NCBI RefSeq assembly: GCF_009914755.1
Contig: NC_060933.1
Length of the DNA stretch: 64,000 bases
Origin: the human T2T-CHM13v2.0 reference genome, Homo sapiens
Direction: 5' to 3' (one strand)
Shown: positions 39,285 through 52,020 of the stretch, in pieces
Numbering within the stretch: the first letter of the stretch is position 1
How the letters are laid out: every line of letters begins with the position of its first letter
The notes under the pieces: model-generated
Told to the model about the DNA's origin: nothing
The model's input: only the letters and a program-made list of their open reading frames with translations
Databases searched by the model: none
Made by a program: the position numbers and the translations under genes

Positions 39285-39602
39285 TGTTTTTGTTTTGTTT
39301 TGTTTTGAGGCCGAGTCTCCTTCTGTCTCCAGGCTGGAGTGCAGTGGCGTGATCTCGGTCACTGCAACCTCCGCCTCCCAGGTTAAAGCGATTCTCGTGC
39401 CTCAGCCTCTCAATTAGCTGAGATTACACGTGTGCCCCCATGCCCGACTAATTGTGTGTGTGTGTGTGTTGTTTTTATTTTATTTTATTTTATTTTTTGG
39501 TACAGATGAGGTTTCACCATGTTGGCCAGGTTGCTGTCAAACTCCCGACCTCAGGTGATCCCAAAGGGCTGGGATTACAGGTGTGAACCAGCGTGTCTGG
39601 CC
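39285..39602 (-). mobile_element. AluS with (TG)n/(TTTTA)n expansion in linker and ~16-bp internal deletion
   Basis: Dimeric Alu; TCAGGTGATC joined directly to CCAAAGGGCTGGG. Confidence 0.85.
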
Positions 39603-39650
39603 CCTGATTTTTCTGTTTTTTTCTTTTTTGATAGCAGCCATCCTAATGGG

Positions 39651-39657
<7 letters not shown>

Positions 39658-39683
<26 letters not shown>
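39658..39683. repeat. (TG)n microsatellite
   Basis: Directly visible. Confidence 0.9.
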
Positions 39684-39687
<4 letters not shown>

Positions 39688-40582
39688 AATGTCACATTGG
39701 TGATTCTAATGTGTAACCAGGAAAGAAAAGCATGGATTCTGGGTCTCAATTTTTCATCTAGGTAAACCGTAGCAAATAAAGCTTATTGAAGAGTTCTCCT
39801 GATGATTGAATGAGTTCCCCCATAGAAGGCAAAATCTACAAATGTTTGTTCCTCTCTTACTTCCTTGGAATTCTACTAAACTTCCTGCCTCAACATACAG
39901 AGACACTCCCTGAAGCCTAAAACTATGCAGATTTGACACAGGGCTGATTTTAACTTCTGTTTTGCTTTTACCATATAGCTAGCTGCAGATGTCACATGTG
40001 TCCTCCATGACATCCAAATAGCACTACACCTGCACCAGCTTTCCTCTCAAATTAACTACTCATCAGTTCTATTATTAAACAAACAAGGAGCAGCTGTAAT
40101 ACTGAAGGAATGAGTGGGATTGTGCTTTAAAATTACATCTCTGCCAACACTTTTAGTTTGCTTGTTGAATAACTACAAGTTTTCCAGTTAAATTAATAGA
40201 ATACATTATACCCATAAAATCCTGAAATACTTGGCAATACACACAACAAAATATTGTACAAGTAGAGAATATAATAAATGTATGACACTTTAGAAATTCA
40301 TTGAGGTAGGTTTAAACAGTGTTTACTTTTAATTGGTGTACTTTTTTTCATCTCACAGTATTAAGCTGTGGTTTAGTTTATCGGCTGAATACTCACTGTG
40401 CAGTCCTTTGTAAAATTTTGGAGGTCCGCAGTAATGTGATTATTGAGCTTCAACAGAATACACAGAAGATCCCAGGAACCACAAACTAATCCATCCACTA
40501 TGCAGTATCTAAAGTGCTTGCAAAAATAAAAACAAACAACAACAAAAAAAGAAAACTGAACAACTCACTTGTAGCAAAGCTA

Positions 40583-40628
40583 TCAGGTTAGTGCAAAAGT
40601 AATTGTGGTTTTGCCATTGAAAGTAATG
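40583..40628. mobile_element. Half MADE1 (Hsmar1-derived MITE)
   Basis: TA then TCAGGTTAGTGCAAAAGTAATTGTGGTTTTGCCATTGAAAGTAATG; second arm absent. Confidence 0.75.
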
Positions 40629-41089
40629 AAAGTAATTGAAAGTATAGGTATTCTAGTTGGACATGCTACAATGCATGCCACAACCATGGATCAATTATGT
40701 ATTGAAAACCCAAATCAACTGAGGATCACTGCTGTGCATTATTCCCATCGTGTCATAATGTGGCAAACTAAAACTAAGGACCTGTAACAAGGGATTTCCA
40801 GAGGGAAAGCAAACATTTGTTAAAGCAAAGAAAACTGGCAATTTTCAATTTGCTCAAATCAAACTATTCACATACTTTGTATGCTTCTCTACAAAATCCA
40901 GAACTTTTGATAGGATCACCCTTAGGTAAAACTCTAAAGTGAGCAGCTTCTGATCAATAGGCCTCAACTTCTTTTCCCTTCTGTATCACAGACCGTGTGG
41001 GTGAATCCATCACATGACTTGATAAGATTTGGCCAGTTGGGAAAGGTCTCTTTAAAGAACTAACACTCAGGCTGGGATCCAGAGCAAAG

Positions 41090-41240
41090 CACTGTAAACT
41101 TGAATGTGCATATGAACCACCTGGAGACCTTGTCAACATGCAGATTTTGATTCATTGGATCTAGGGTGGTGCCTGAGCTCTAGCAAGCTCCCAGGGATGC
41201 CTATGTGACTGCCTTGTACATCAGTTACAGTAGCAAGAAC
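41090..41240. mobile_element. MER5-family hAT MITE
   Basis: AAACTTGAATGTGCAT..GAACCACCTGG..ATGCAGATT..AAGCTCCCAGG. Confidence 0.6.
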
Positions 41241-42077
41241 ATAAGCAGATACCAGCCAACAAATCAGGAGTGAACGCATCACGGCCCAGGCAGCCCTGGA
41301 CCAGGCCAGCTCAGGGATCTGAGAAAAGAGTAACTGGACTGAGGTCTATGAGTGCTTCCATGAGAGGTGAGGCTGAGAAGGTGGACAAGATCTAGGTCAA
41401 TGTGTTAAGTTCCTACTACATGCAAGGCTAGGCTCTGCATAAACAGAAACAAATAAGGCAAACCTAGTCCTTGCATCTTTAGAGCTTGCAGTCTAGCAGA
41501 ATTATTTCATGGGTAGAAAATCATTAAAGATTTTTTAACGAAGGAGAGACATGATCTAATTGAAATTTTTGAAGAACCTCTCTGGGTGTGCCATAGAGAA
41601 GGTATTGGAGAGGCAAAAAGTTGGAAAGAGGAGTATATGTTTGCAGACCAGGTGAAAGATGCAGATGACAGAAGCGGATAATTTTAGCACATATTTTGCA
41701 GGTGAAATAGCAGTAATTGGTTACAAATTGTGATGGTAGGGGGGGTTGCAGGAAGAAGAAAGCATCAAGGATGATGATGCTTTCTGGAAGAAGCAAATGG
41801 GTAAATGGAGATAATTTTTATGAAGAATGGTAAGGCTGAAAAAGAAATAAACTAACAAAAGGGAAATGATTGAGGAAGTGGCATAGATGTGGGGGCAGAA
41901 CTCGAGTTTTGAATTCTGATTTTAGGCATGCCTGTGAAAATCCCAGTGGAGATTTCAAGATGGCAGGTGCACATAATGTTTTGGAGCTTGGGAGGAGAGG
42001 TCTGTAGGAGTCATATGCGTATAAATGGTATCTAAAGCCATAGTAATTAATAAAACCTTGTCTAGAGTCTGTGTAGG

Positions 42078-42275
42078 CAGGGGTGTCCAATCTTTTGGCT
42101 TCCCTGGCTACATTCGAATAAGAAGAATTGTCTTGGGCCACACATAAAATATACTAATATTAACAATAGTTGATGAGCTAAAAAAAATCATAAAATATCT
42201 TATAATGCTTGAAGAATGTTTACAAATTTGTGTTGGGCCACACATGGCCCACAGACCATGGGTTGGACAAGCCTA
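42078..42275. mobile_element. MER30 (hAT-Charlie MITE)
   Basis: CAGGGGTGTCCAATCTTTTGGCTTCCCTGG...GGGTTGGACAAGC termini. Confidence 0.8.
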
Positions 42276-42434
42276 GTATGGGATAAGAACAGAAGAGGAC
42301 CCAGGATTTAGGAACTTCAACATTTAAAGTTTGGGCAAAGAGGGAGAAGCAGATAAGAAAATAGTTCAAGCTAGAGGAAGAGGTCAGGGGTCTACTCTAC
42401 TGAATGTTCCTGAGACCCCATTGGACTTATATAT

Positions 42435-42560
42435 TACATAATATGTACAATATATGTTACTTGGGTGATGGATACCCTAATAGCTTTGAACTGACCACTA
42501 TGCATGGAACAAAATTGCACATGTATCCCATAAATTTTATATAAACAAAAGTAAATAAAT
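42435..42560 (+). mobile_element. Short L1MA/L1PB 3' end
   Basis: TTGGGTGATGGATACCCTAA...GCACATGTATCCCATAAAT plus A-rich tail. Confidence 0.65.
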
Positions 42561-42793
42561 GGAAGGAAGGGAGAAAGAGAGAGAAGGAAGGAAAGAAAGA
42601 AAGAAGGAAGGAAGAGCAAGGAAAGGAAAGAAGGAAGGGAGAGCAAGGAAAGGAAGGGAAGGGAAAGGAAAGGAAAGGGAAGGAAAAAATGAAGGGAGAG
42701 CGAGGAAAGGAAAGGGAAGGAAGGAAGGGAGAAAGAAAGAAAGAGGAAAGAAAGAGAGAGAGAAAGAAAGAGAGAGAGAAGAAAGAAAGAAAG

Positions 42794-42847
<54 letters not shown>

Positions 42848-42870
42848 GGAAAGAAAGAGAGAAAGAGGAA
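42561..42870. repeat. ~310-bp polypurine (GGAA/GAAA/GA)n low-complexity tract
   Basis: Almost entirely A/G; expanded from the L1 tail. Confidence 0.92.
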
Positions 42871-42901
42871 TAGTGTTCATGATGTTTAGGAATCACCAAT
42901 T

Positions 42902-43248
42902 CTGGGGGTGCTGAATTGTGTCCCCCCAGATTCCTATGTTGAAGAGCTGATCCCCACTGCCTCAGAGGGACTGATTTAGAGAAGGCATTCAAAGAGGTAA
43001 GTGAGGTCCAATGAAGCCATATGGGTGGACCTTAAACCAATATGGCAGGTGTCCATGTAAAAAGAAATTGAGACACAGGCAACACAGCCTGAGGACACAG
43101 CAGGAAGGGAGGCATCTGCAAGGCAGCAGTTCTCAGAAGAAGGCAAACCTGCTGACATTCCATCCTGGATTTCCAGTCTTCAGAGCTGTGAGAAGATAAA
43201 CCACTCAATCTGTGGCAGCTTGTGATGGAAGCCCCTAGCACTCTTATA
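42902..43248 (+). mobile_element. MaLR solo LTR (MLT1B/C-like)
   Basis: CTGAATTGTGTCCCCC...GGATTTCCAGTCTTCAGAGCTGTGAGA...GCCCTAG. Confidence 0.7.
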
Positions 43249-46200
43249 TGGTGACCTTAGCACAAGCAGTTTCATAGGCTTGATGAAAGTGAAAGCCAAA
43301 CTGACCTGAATAAAGAGTGAAAGGAAAATGAGCAAAAGGAGATAGTAAATGTGGAAAATCCTTGAGAAAAATTTGCCAAGAAAGGAGGAGATGGCTTGAT
43401 AGCTAGAAAGACACACAGAGTCAAAATTAAGGTTCCTCCAAGATAGAAGATTTTTTAAATGAAAAATTTATATTTAAATGCTGACCGACTGCATCAAGAA
43501 GGAGAGAGATTGAAGATGCAGATGACAAATGGAAAAACAATGAACAGAATCCCTGAAAAGTCAGGAAAAGGAGGGAGATTATTAGAGGGATGTCCTTTTA
43601 CAGTAAGAGGAATACTTCCTCCACTGGCCCCAGGATTTAAAAAGCTTATAAATCACAGGTAACATTCTACCTAATTATAGAGCTTTACACTTTTCAATAA
43701 ATTTTGTTGTACATAATACAGTCACTCTATGAATTCAGTGAGACAGTTATCCACATTTTACATAAAAAGAAAGAAAAGGCAGAAAAGAAGTGATTTGCTT
43801 GAAGTGACACAGAAATAGCTGGTAGAACCATGCACTGTGTAGATGGCAGGGCTACTGACTTCTCATTTCACACCAGAAATGTAGACAGAATTAGATATAA
43901 TGACAGTTATTATATTTTTAAACCTTTCAAATAAGAATATCCTTGGAATTTCATTCATTAACAAAGCACAAAGCATGTGATTAGCATCTGAAAATGTTTT
44001 ATTATACAATCACTAGACACAAAAAGAGGTTTCCATTTTCCTGTGTATTTGAAAGAGTTCAACAGCCCTAAGTCACACAGTTGGAGGAAACTCAAACAAG
44101 GGAAAGTTCGTTTGAATTGATGAAATTAGCAGGATGAAGTTTACAATACAAAGATTTTTGTTTCAAGACTCTGAGGTTTTGTAGGGAGGAAGGGGAAAGG
44201 CAGATGACACCAAATAAGACTGGTCGGAGAGGGGATGAGAAGCATCAATTAGAAAGCTCTTCCAATTCAAACGGACCGTTCAAACCATCCTAGGACTAGA
44301 CTCCAATCGGGAAAGACTCTGAAGGAAATGATCTCCTACTCCCACGAGATGGCTAACGTGATTTAGGTAAAAAGCTTTTAATTTTATGGCTGGAGAGGTA
44401 GCAATGAAGAAAATGAACCTCCTGCCAGTGATTCTTTTTCAAGCCCTGCCAATTCCTGTGTCTGGGGAAGCTATAAAGAATGCCCAACCTCATGTCAAAA
44501 GAATTGCCACAGATCTCCAGCTCACCTGCATTCAAACATTGAAACATCCCTAAGCCTGCTCCTAGGCCTGCCTGGAACAGAGAATCCAGGAGAGTCTTTT
44601 CTGTTCTGCTGCTGCAGCTACACTATCTACTTGTTAGCATAACCAGGGCCACCAGCAACAGATGCTAGAGAAATACAGGGAGCAAAAATCAGCAGCTGAT
44701 GAAAAGCAGAATCTTTTCTTTTTGGCAGCAATACCAATAGCATGAAGCACTTCCCTTTTGGAGCTTTCCAAACCACTTCAAAAGCGAGTTTTCTGGTGTG
44801 GATCAAGAAAGCTAGCCAAATTGCCTCTGAGTGCATAGCCAATGGCCAAGATATTGATGACTGTAGGCAGCTCAGGACCCATCCTCGGCCCCGGTGCTGT
44901 CTTTCTCAGAGCTCTGTTTAATTCCATCAGGCACAGGCAGCATTTGCAGAAAGCTGTGTTGATTTTTGTGATCTTCAGCCAGCACAGAGGTGGCCAGTTC
45001 CCTAGCCTCCTAGCACCGTCCTTCTCCTGCCCTGCCCCTTCACGGCCTGCCTGGGCTCACTGGACCCAGACTTGCCTTTCGCAGCTGTCAAAGCCTCACA
45101 GTCCTGTGTGTCTGTTTCCCTTTGAACTACGCAAACTAACTAATTTGGTGAACCTATTAAGTGAACTTCTTTATACTCCTGGTCTAGAGTGCATTGAACA
45201 CTAAAGCATTTGCTAGAGATTGTCAAAATCAATTCTGTCTTCTTCCAACTGGACCAAGGCTTCTTTGAGTTAATAAAACTCTGAGAAATCTGAGTTGATT
45301 TTTCGTAGTACCTCTTTCTATTCTTTTGGGGTTTTTTTTGTTTGTTTTTTACTTTTCATGGAGATTTTCCTTAATTTAACCCAAAAGATATACCCATATG
45401 ACATTTGAATATGAAAGAGGTAGTAGGACAAAGAATTTGAAGACAGTCTTTCAGAGCCCCACAAAGTACTTGAAATTTATCAATAAACCCCTCCCGGTGC
45501 TTCCCACCATGTTCCACATTCCATCTCCATTTTAAGCCATGAACATTCAAGTGGCATCTCCTCCTGTGAAACCTACAGTTTGGAGATAAATTATTGATGA
45601 CTAATGACTCAGAAGAACCAAAGAAAGGATCCTCTAGTGGAGACACAGCATAGAAATGGTGGTCCAGGGTGAGAAGGAACTGCTTCCAGTCCCAGTGCCG
45701 CCTGTGTGGTTCCAGCTGTGTACTTCTCTTCCTCTAATCTTGTTTACTCATCTCTAATACGGGACTAATAACATACACATCAGACTATTGTGAGGGTTGA
45801 ATGTAACGATATTCCAAATTGTTGCATGTGTCCAGTACTTAACATAGTGCCAAGAACAAAGCATGTATCAATAAGTATGAACAGCCTTCCCAGCGCACAC
45901 CTCCAAACAGTGGATTTCTGGCCGGTGACAAGCAATGGTTCCCAGTGGTTCTACAGGTTATGGTTTAACTTACCACTAGCCAATCAGTAAGTTTGCCTCA
46001 GACCACATCACAATTCTTTTGCAAGCCTGGAGCTTGGTGAAAAACAAGGGGGAAAATAATCAATGTCCCTAAGGCAGATGCTGAAAGATTAACCTCATAA
46101 CATAATTCTCTCACCAGACTTGTTTCCTGAATGTCTATTTAAATTTTTATTCTGCAAATAAAATAAAATTGGTAATAATGAAGGTGATTAAGATGGCATT

Positions 46201-47626
46201 TGTCCAGGGAACGAATCTCCTCACAACATACCTAAGAAAGAGATATATGTACAGAAAACGAAGCACAGTAAAATACCTCTTCATTACTATGGGAGATTTT
46301 CCCCAAACACAGAGAAAGCTCTACAGAGCTGAGCTTAAGCCAGAACTCTGTTATTTACTTGGTCTAATGCCAAAACAGGCCAGAGACCCCTTTCACCTAC
46401 TTCTCTTTAATCCCAAACCCATGTCTCTGTTTGATCTAAGAAAGAGCCAAATGCCCAGGAGGCGCCATGGTAGAGAAAAGCAGCCAGCCAGAGAGTGGCC
46501 TCCATGCCAGGGGAGTGTGTCTGAGCTTTGCTTTATTTTTCTTATTTGTCTGTAGTTGTATGATTGGTAGAAGAGAGTAGATATGAAGTCTACTGACACA
46601 GGATTGGTCTTCAGGAATGTCTTACCAAGCATTTGAGGGAACAGAGGGGTTTCACAAATAAGAGAGCAATGATCAGACTTTTTCTAAAAGGAGCAGCCAT
46701 AAGCTACCTTAACTCTCCAACTTGCCCATTAATCTTCACCTAGAGTTAGGAAGATTTCACCATTAGCTGTGGCCCATAAACGATCCTTAAGCTTGACCAA
46801 CCACAGAGGTCCATCTCCTTGAGGAGGAAGTGAAAGGGGTATGGATGTGAACTTTCTGTCCTCTGCAGGACCCCAGCTGTGTCTTCTACTTCTTGTACAA
46901 GATAGTCTCCAAATGATGTTTTCTGGCTGACAATGCCACAGAACTGATCCTTATCTCACTATGGAAATGAAAGATTTCAAAGAATTTTGTTGCCTGAAAT
47001 ATGGTGCCATAATCACGTATTAATAAAGCTGCTATCCAGAAATAAGGCAGATTTCAAAAGAAAGGCTGTTAGCATTCTCAGGGACCTAAAATGTACATAT
47101 TGTAGAACAATGGTAAATAGATCTTGGAATCAGGTAGACTTTAATTCAAACCCCAGATATGCCACCTATTAACTTATGTGACATTGGGAAAGCCTCTCAA
47201 ATTTAGATTTGCAAAACCAGAATAATATAAGTAGCCAACAAATAGGGTTTAATGGAGGTAATAATGAAGGTTATTAAGATGATAAAATTAAATAGTGAAT
47301 ATAAAGTGCTTAGCATTCAATAAATTTATTGTATGATTTCAAAGCACATGCTTTTACCTACAGTGCTATAAAGCTGCTTGCAATTGTCAAAGCTAATAGA
47401 AGCTCTCGTCAGAGCTAATAGAAGCCTTGAGTATGTAATTATTTAAGAATTCTGTAAATATACACAATAGGGTAGGAATGAGAAAATCTTTAGAGGAAAT
47501 ATTCAAGTATGTTTGATTTCTAGCAAATCCAGATAGATAGTTTTGGCAACAACCAAGTCATAATTTGAAGTCTTTTTATAGGAGCTAAAATTTTATTCAA
47601 GGGACAACTGACTTGATTAGATAAGA

Positions 47627-47976
47627 TGCTGTGCACTGCATGTTTGCATCAACAAATGCACATGTTGAAACTCTAACAATAGAATGGCATTAGAAGGAGG
47701 ACCTTTGGGAAGTAATTTGGTTTTGATGAGGATGGAGTTCCCACAATGGGGTTAGCATCCTAATTAGAAGAGTAGGAGACTAGAGCCCTCTTCTCTCAGC
47801 CATGTGAACATACAACAAGAACACCTGCAAACCAGTAAGAGGGCCTTCACCAGACACTGGTTCTGCTGGCCCAGATTTTAATCTTTGAATTCCCACAACT
47901 GTGAGAAACAAGTATGTGCTGTTTAAGCCACTCAGTCTACAGTTGTTTGTGGAAGCAGCCTGAGCAGACAAAGACA
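47627..47976 (+). mobile_element. MaLR solo LTR (MLT1A-like)
   Basis: TG...CATGTTGAAACTCTAAC...ACTGTGAGAAA...GCAGCCTGAGCAGACAAAGACA. Confidence 0.72.
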
Positions 47977-49344
47977 TAGGGTTCCTTTTATTTTCAGAAT
48001 TCGGTTTAGCTGTAATCACCTACCATCCTGAGATGCTGTTTCCTCCCTCCTCCCTTGAAATATAAGCTCTGGAACTATAGCTTCATGGACAAATTCTGAA
48101 GAATTTGTCTTTGCTCTTGTGGGATGCTAACCTAACCAATCAAGGAATGTTTGCTCAATGGAATGAAACATCTTAATGCAGCTCACCAGCCAATATCTGC
48201 AGAGCACACCTCATGGGTTCTGGCTGGCTTGGATTTCTGAGACTACTTCATCCTACTCATCAGACTGTGGACTCAGATTGAGCCAGGAGGCCCAGATTCT
48301 AGCGTCAGTTTTGCCCTTGGGATACAAATGCACGTCCTGCTTCACTGAATATGAAACCCTATTTGGCCATTATTCTGGCAATTGTCCTTTCTCCCTGTGC
48401 CAATTGCCAATCAACCCAACTCCCAGGCAGCCTTGACAGTTATGTTTGCTTGGCCTGCTGTAGCAGCCAATGACTTAGTAAAAGTCAGAACATAGATCTG
48501 CTAGCTCCCAGTCCAGGATTTCCCCATAACTCGTCCATGTATATATTAAACAATTAGCCTTGCTTTTAAAATTCTTTTTCATTTAGCCTCTTCTTGGAAC
48601 TTATCATTTTGAGAATCCTGACCTGCCAATATTCCATAATCTTTCTGAAAGTGACACAGCAAGTACGATGCATGCACACTGCTAACTGCAGCTGATTTCA
48701 TTTTCCATCATCTATAAAGCACATAAGGTAATTTCTAAACCAGCAGTAAAATCTATTTATAAAGATGCTGATTTGTTTTCTGCACTTTCCAAAACAGAGC
48801 TTCAATTTATTTCCTTAACATAAAAAACCATTACTTTTTAAAACAATCATAGTTAGTATATTTTCTAAATGTTTTAATTTTTGTAAAATCCAACTTGCAA
48901 ATTGGAGTGTAAATAGCTTTCTTAAAATGGAAGGGACCGTGTTAGACCCAGTATGCTGATTGATGACTTCACTGTGCTTCAAAGCAGACGATTTCACAGT
49001 CATTGGGTATATTATGCAATGAGTTTTTATAAAGTAATTGATATCACTAAAAATATAATTATAATAAATAAAATCATAGGGAAAAGGAAATCATTCTGAC
49101 AATGCCAAATTTTTTATCTAACTCATTGCTAAAAGATTATGTTTCTACATGAAAAATTTTACACATTCTTTCTATGAGATAAACCTGATAACATCTTGAA
49201 AACTTAATAGTTATGGAAAAGTAACTACTATGATTTTTTTTAGAGAATGTCGTGTTCTTGGTGTTCTTGAGTGAGCGGTCTCATGTTATTAGAAGGGAAA
49301 CAGCAGCATCTTGTGGACAAACAAATAAAGTGAATAAATTTTTA

Positions 49345-49633
49345 GGACCCGGTGCAGTGGTTCAGGCCTGTAATCCCAGCACTTTGGGAGACCTGGGCGG
49401 AGGGTAACTTGAGCCCAAGAGTTCAAGACCAGCCTGGGCAACACAGTGACACGCCGATCTTTACCAAAAATTGAAAAATTCTCTGGGCTTCCTGGCTCAT
49501 ACCTCAGGTCCCAGCTACTTGGAAGGCTGAGATGGGAGGATCACTTAAGCCCAGCAGGTCAAGGCTGCAGTGAGTGTGATCAAACCACTGCCTTCCAGCT
49601 TGGGTGACACAGCAAGACCCTATTTCAAAAAAA
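49345..49633 (+). mobile_element. AluJ
   Basis: Dimeric, diverged, TTGAGCCC/GGCTGCAGTGAG J-type diagnostics. Confidence 0.85.
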
Positions 49634-49695
49634 TTATATTTATGTAGCACTTTCTACAAGGAATACAGTATCATGTTTGTATTTAAATGACATCA

Positions 49696-50001
49696 GGACC
49701 AGCATGGTGGCTTACACCTGTAATCTCAGCTCCTCAGACGGCAGAAGGCAGGAGGATCGCTTGAGGCCAGGAGTTGGAAGACCAGCCTGGGCAGCATAAT
49801 GAAACCCTCATTTCTACAAAAATAATAATAGTAATCAAAAGCTAGACGTGCTGGCACACACCTGCAGACCTAGCTACTGTGGAGGCTGAGTGGAAGGATC
49901 ACTTTGAGCACAGGAGTTTGATTGTATTGTGTATTATGAGCTACGATCGAGCCACTCCACTCCAGACAACACGGCAAGACCCAGTCTCTAAACAAAATAA
50001 A
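49696..50001 (+). mobile_element. AluJ
   Basis: Diverged dimer; degenerate TSD ending ACATCA. Confidence 0.8.
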
Positions 50002-50394
50002 GGAACATCAGAGCATTGTTTATAGAGATGTATAAATGATCCCAAAATGTCTTCAGGGAGATAAATCATCTAAATATAGCTATATCGACTCTTCCTAAAT
50101 TCCAAATTTCGGTGGGAAAAATAAATGAGATAGAAGACTTCTTGAAATGTATCAAGACTCAGGAAGACAAAACAAAAACTTTCATTAGGCAGTATCAAGA
50201 ATGTTCATTAATGCTATTTCTAATTTATGATACGATCATCTAAAGAGGACATCCCAGCAACAAGAGGCCAAAGGAAAGGGAAAAGAAATGAAAAGAACGA
50301 CCATACTTTCTACACATCCAACCTCTTCTCTACCACCTCTCAGCAAGACCTCCCACAGCCAATCACTGCTTTCTCTTGCGGACTTACCCTCTAC

Positions 50395-50878
50395 TCTGTG
50401 AACACATGAGCCAGAGAACCCTGAGAAGTCCCTGAGTCCCTTCCAGGGGCTCTGCAAGGTCAAAAGTCTTTTCATAAAAATACACAGGTTTTGTTTACCT
50501 TTGCCACTTTCATTCTCTCATAAGTATAATTAGACTTTCCCAGAGGCTACCTGACATGGGATGTCACAAGAAATTAAACATAGAAGCAGAAAGGAGAACC
50601 AAGTTTTCTTCTATTAAACCAGACTTTAAAGACATACCTAAAAATATAAAACAACGTCACTGTTCTCACCAACTTTACTGCTTAAAAATGATAATTTGAA
50701 ATAAAAATGTGATTTATGTAAACATATATTATTTTATTTGTTTTAATTTCTCAGTTTTAATGTTTAACATGATAAATATAGATAGATATAATCCAAATAA
50801 ATAAATGCTCTTTGGGGTCCTCAATAACTTTTAAAAATGTAAAGTGTTCCTGAAACCAAAAAGTTTGAGGACTGATGC
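50395..50878. mobile_element. hAT-Charlie non-autonomous element (Charlie4a/MER80-like)
   Basis: TTCCCAGAGGCTACCTGAC, TCTTCTATTAAACCAGAC, GCTCTTTGGGGTCCTCAATAA, AAAGTTTGAGGACT motifs. Confidence 0.65.
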
Positions 50879-51734
50879 TCTAAAGCTCATACCCTTTGAT
50901 GTAGCTTCCACCCAGGTCATTTCTTAAATACTTGATCAATCATTTCCCATGTCCCTCACCCTATACTTGTTGCAAAATTCCATTTTCCTACTCCAGCACT
51001 CCCTGTCATGAGAAAGTTCCCAGGTGGTAGATATGATTCACTAAATCTTTCTTAACAGCTTTATGATGATAACATGACATATACAAATTGTATAAATTTA
51101 AGGTAACTTAATGTTTTGATATTTCTATACTTTTTGAAATGATCACCACAATCAAGCAAATTAGCATATTATCTCTACATATTTACCATTGTGTGTGTGT
51201 TGACAGTAATTAATTTATGATCTAGTCCTTTAGCAGAACACAAGAATATGATACAGTGTTGTTCCATGTTGTACATTATATCTCCAGAAATTATTATAAC
51301 TTGAACATTGCACAATTTAATTAACATCACCCCGTTTCCCCTCCCTGAGCCCCTGGCAATCACTGTCCTATTCTCTGTTTTTATGAATTTGACTGTTGTA
51401 GATTCCTCATGTAAGTGAGATCATGAAGTAGTTGTCTCTGTGCCTTGCATTTTTGCTTGGCGCAATATCTTCCAGCTCCATCCATGTTTTCACAAATAGA
51501 AGGATTTCCTTCTTTTTTAAGGTTGTATAATATTTCATTTTATGTATACACGTCACATTTTCTTTACCCATTCATCTGTTCCTCTGCCAAAGGACACTTA
51601 GGTTATTTTCATATTTTGGTCATTGTGTGTCATGCTGCAATGAACAGGGGATGACAGACACCTCTCTAAGACTCTTATGTCAATTTCACTGGACATACAT
51701 CCAGAAGTGAAATTGTTGGATTATGTGGTAGTTC

Positions 51735-52020
51735 TTTTTTTTTTATTTTTGAAACCGGGTCTCACTCTGTCATCCAGGGTAAAGTCCAGTGGCAAGATCA
51801 TAGCTCACTGCAGCCTTGAACTCCTGGGCTCAAGCGATCCTCCTACCTCAGCCTCCTGAGTAGCTGGGACTACAGGTGTACAACAACATGTCTGGTTAAT
51901 TTTAATTTTTTTTCATAGATGGGGTCTTGCTATGTTACCCAGGCTGGTCTGGAGCTCCTGGCCTCCTGCCTTGACTTCCCCAAATCCTGGGATTACAGGT
52001 GTGAGACACCACACCAGGCC
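51735..52020 (-). mobile_element. AluJ inserted in L1MA
   Basis: CTGCAGCCTTGAACTCCTGGGCTCAAGCGATCC. Confidence 0.85.

Larger units (their letters stand above)
37820..39655 (-). mobile_element. Ancient L1M (L1MB-like) 3' fragment, interrupted by 7SL retrocopy and Alu
   Basis: ACCTCTATTCTACTTTGTGTCTCT, CTCACTTAGCATAATGTTT, GATAGCAGCCATCCTAATGGGTGTG motifs. Confidence 0.75.
41330..43600 (-). mobile_element. L2 fragments (interrupted by MER30, an L1 3' end and MLT1)
   Basis: L2-like motifs (CTTAGAGCTTGCAGTCTAG, GACATGATCTAATT, GGAGAGGTCTG, TGGTGACCTTAG). Confidence 0.5.

Noticed and set aside
42434-42992. Hydrophobic F/L/S-rich and charged K/E/R-rich ORFs
   Set aside because: Translations of the polypurine simple repeat
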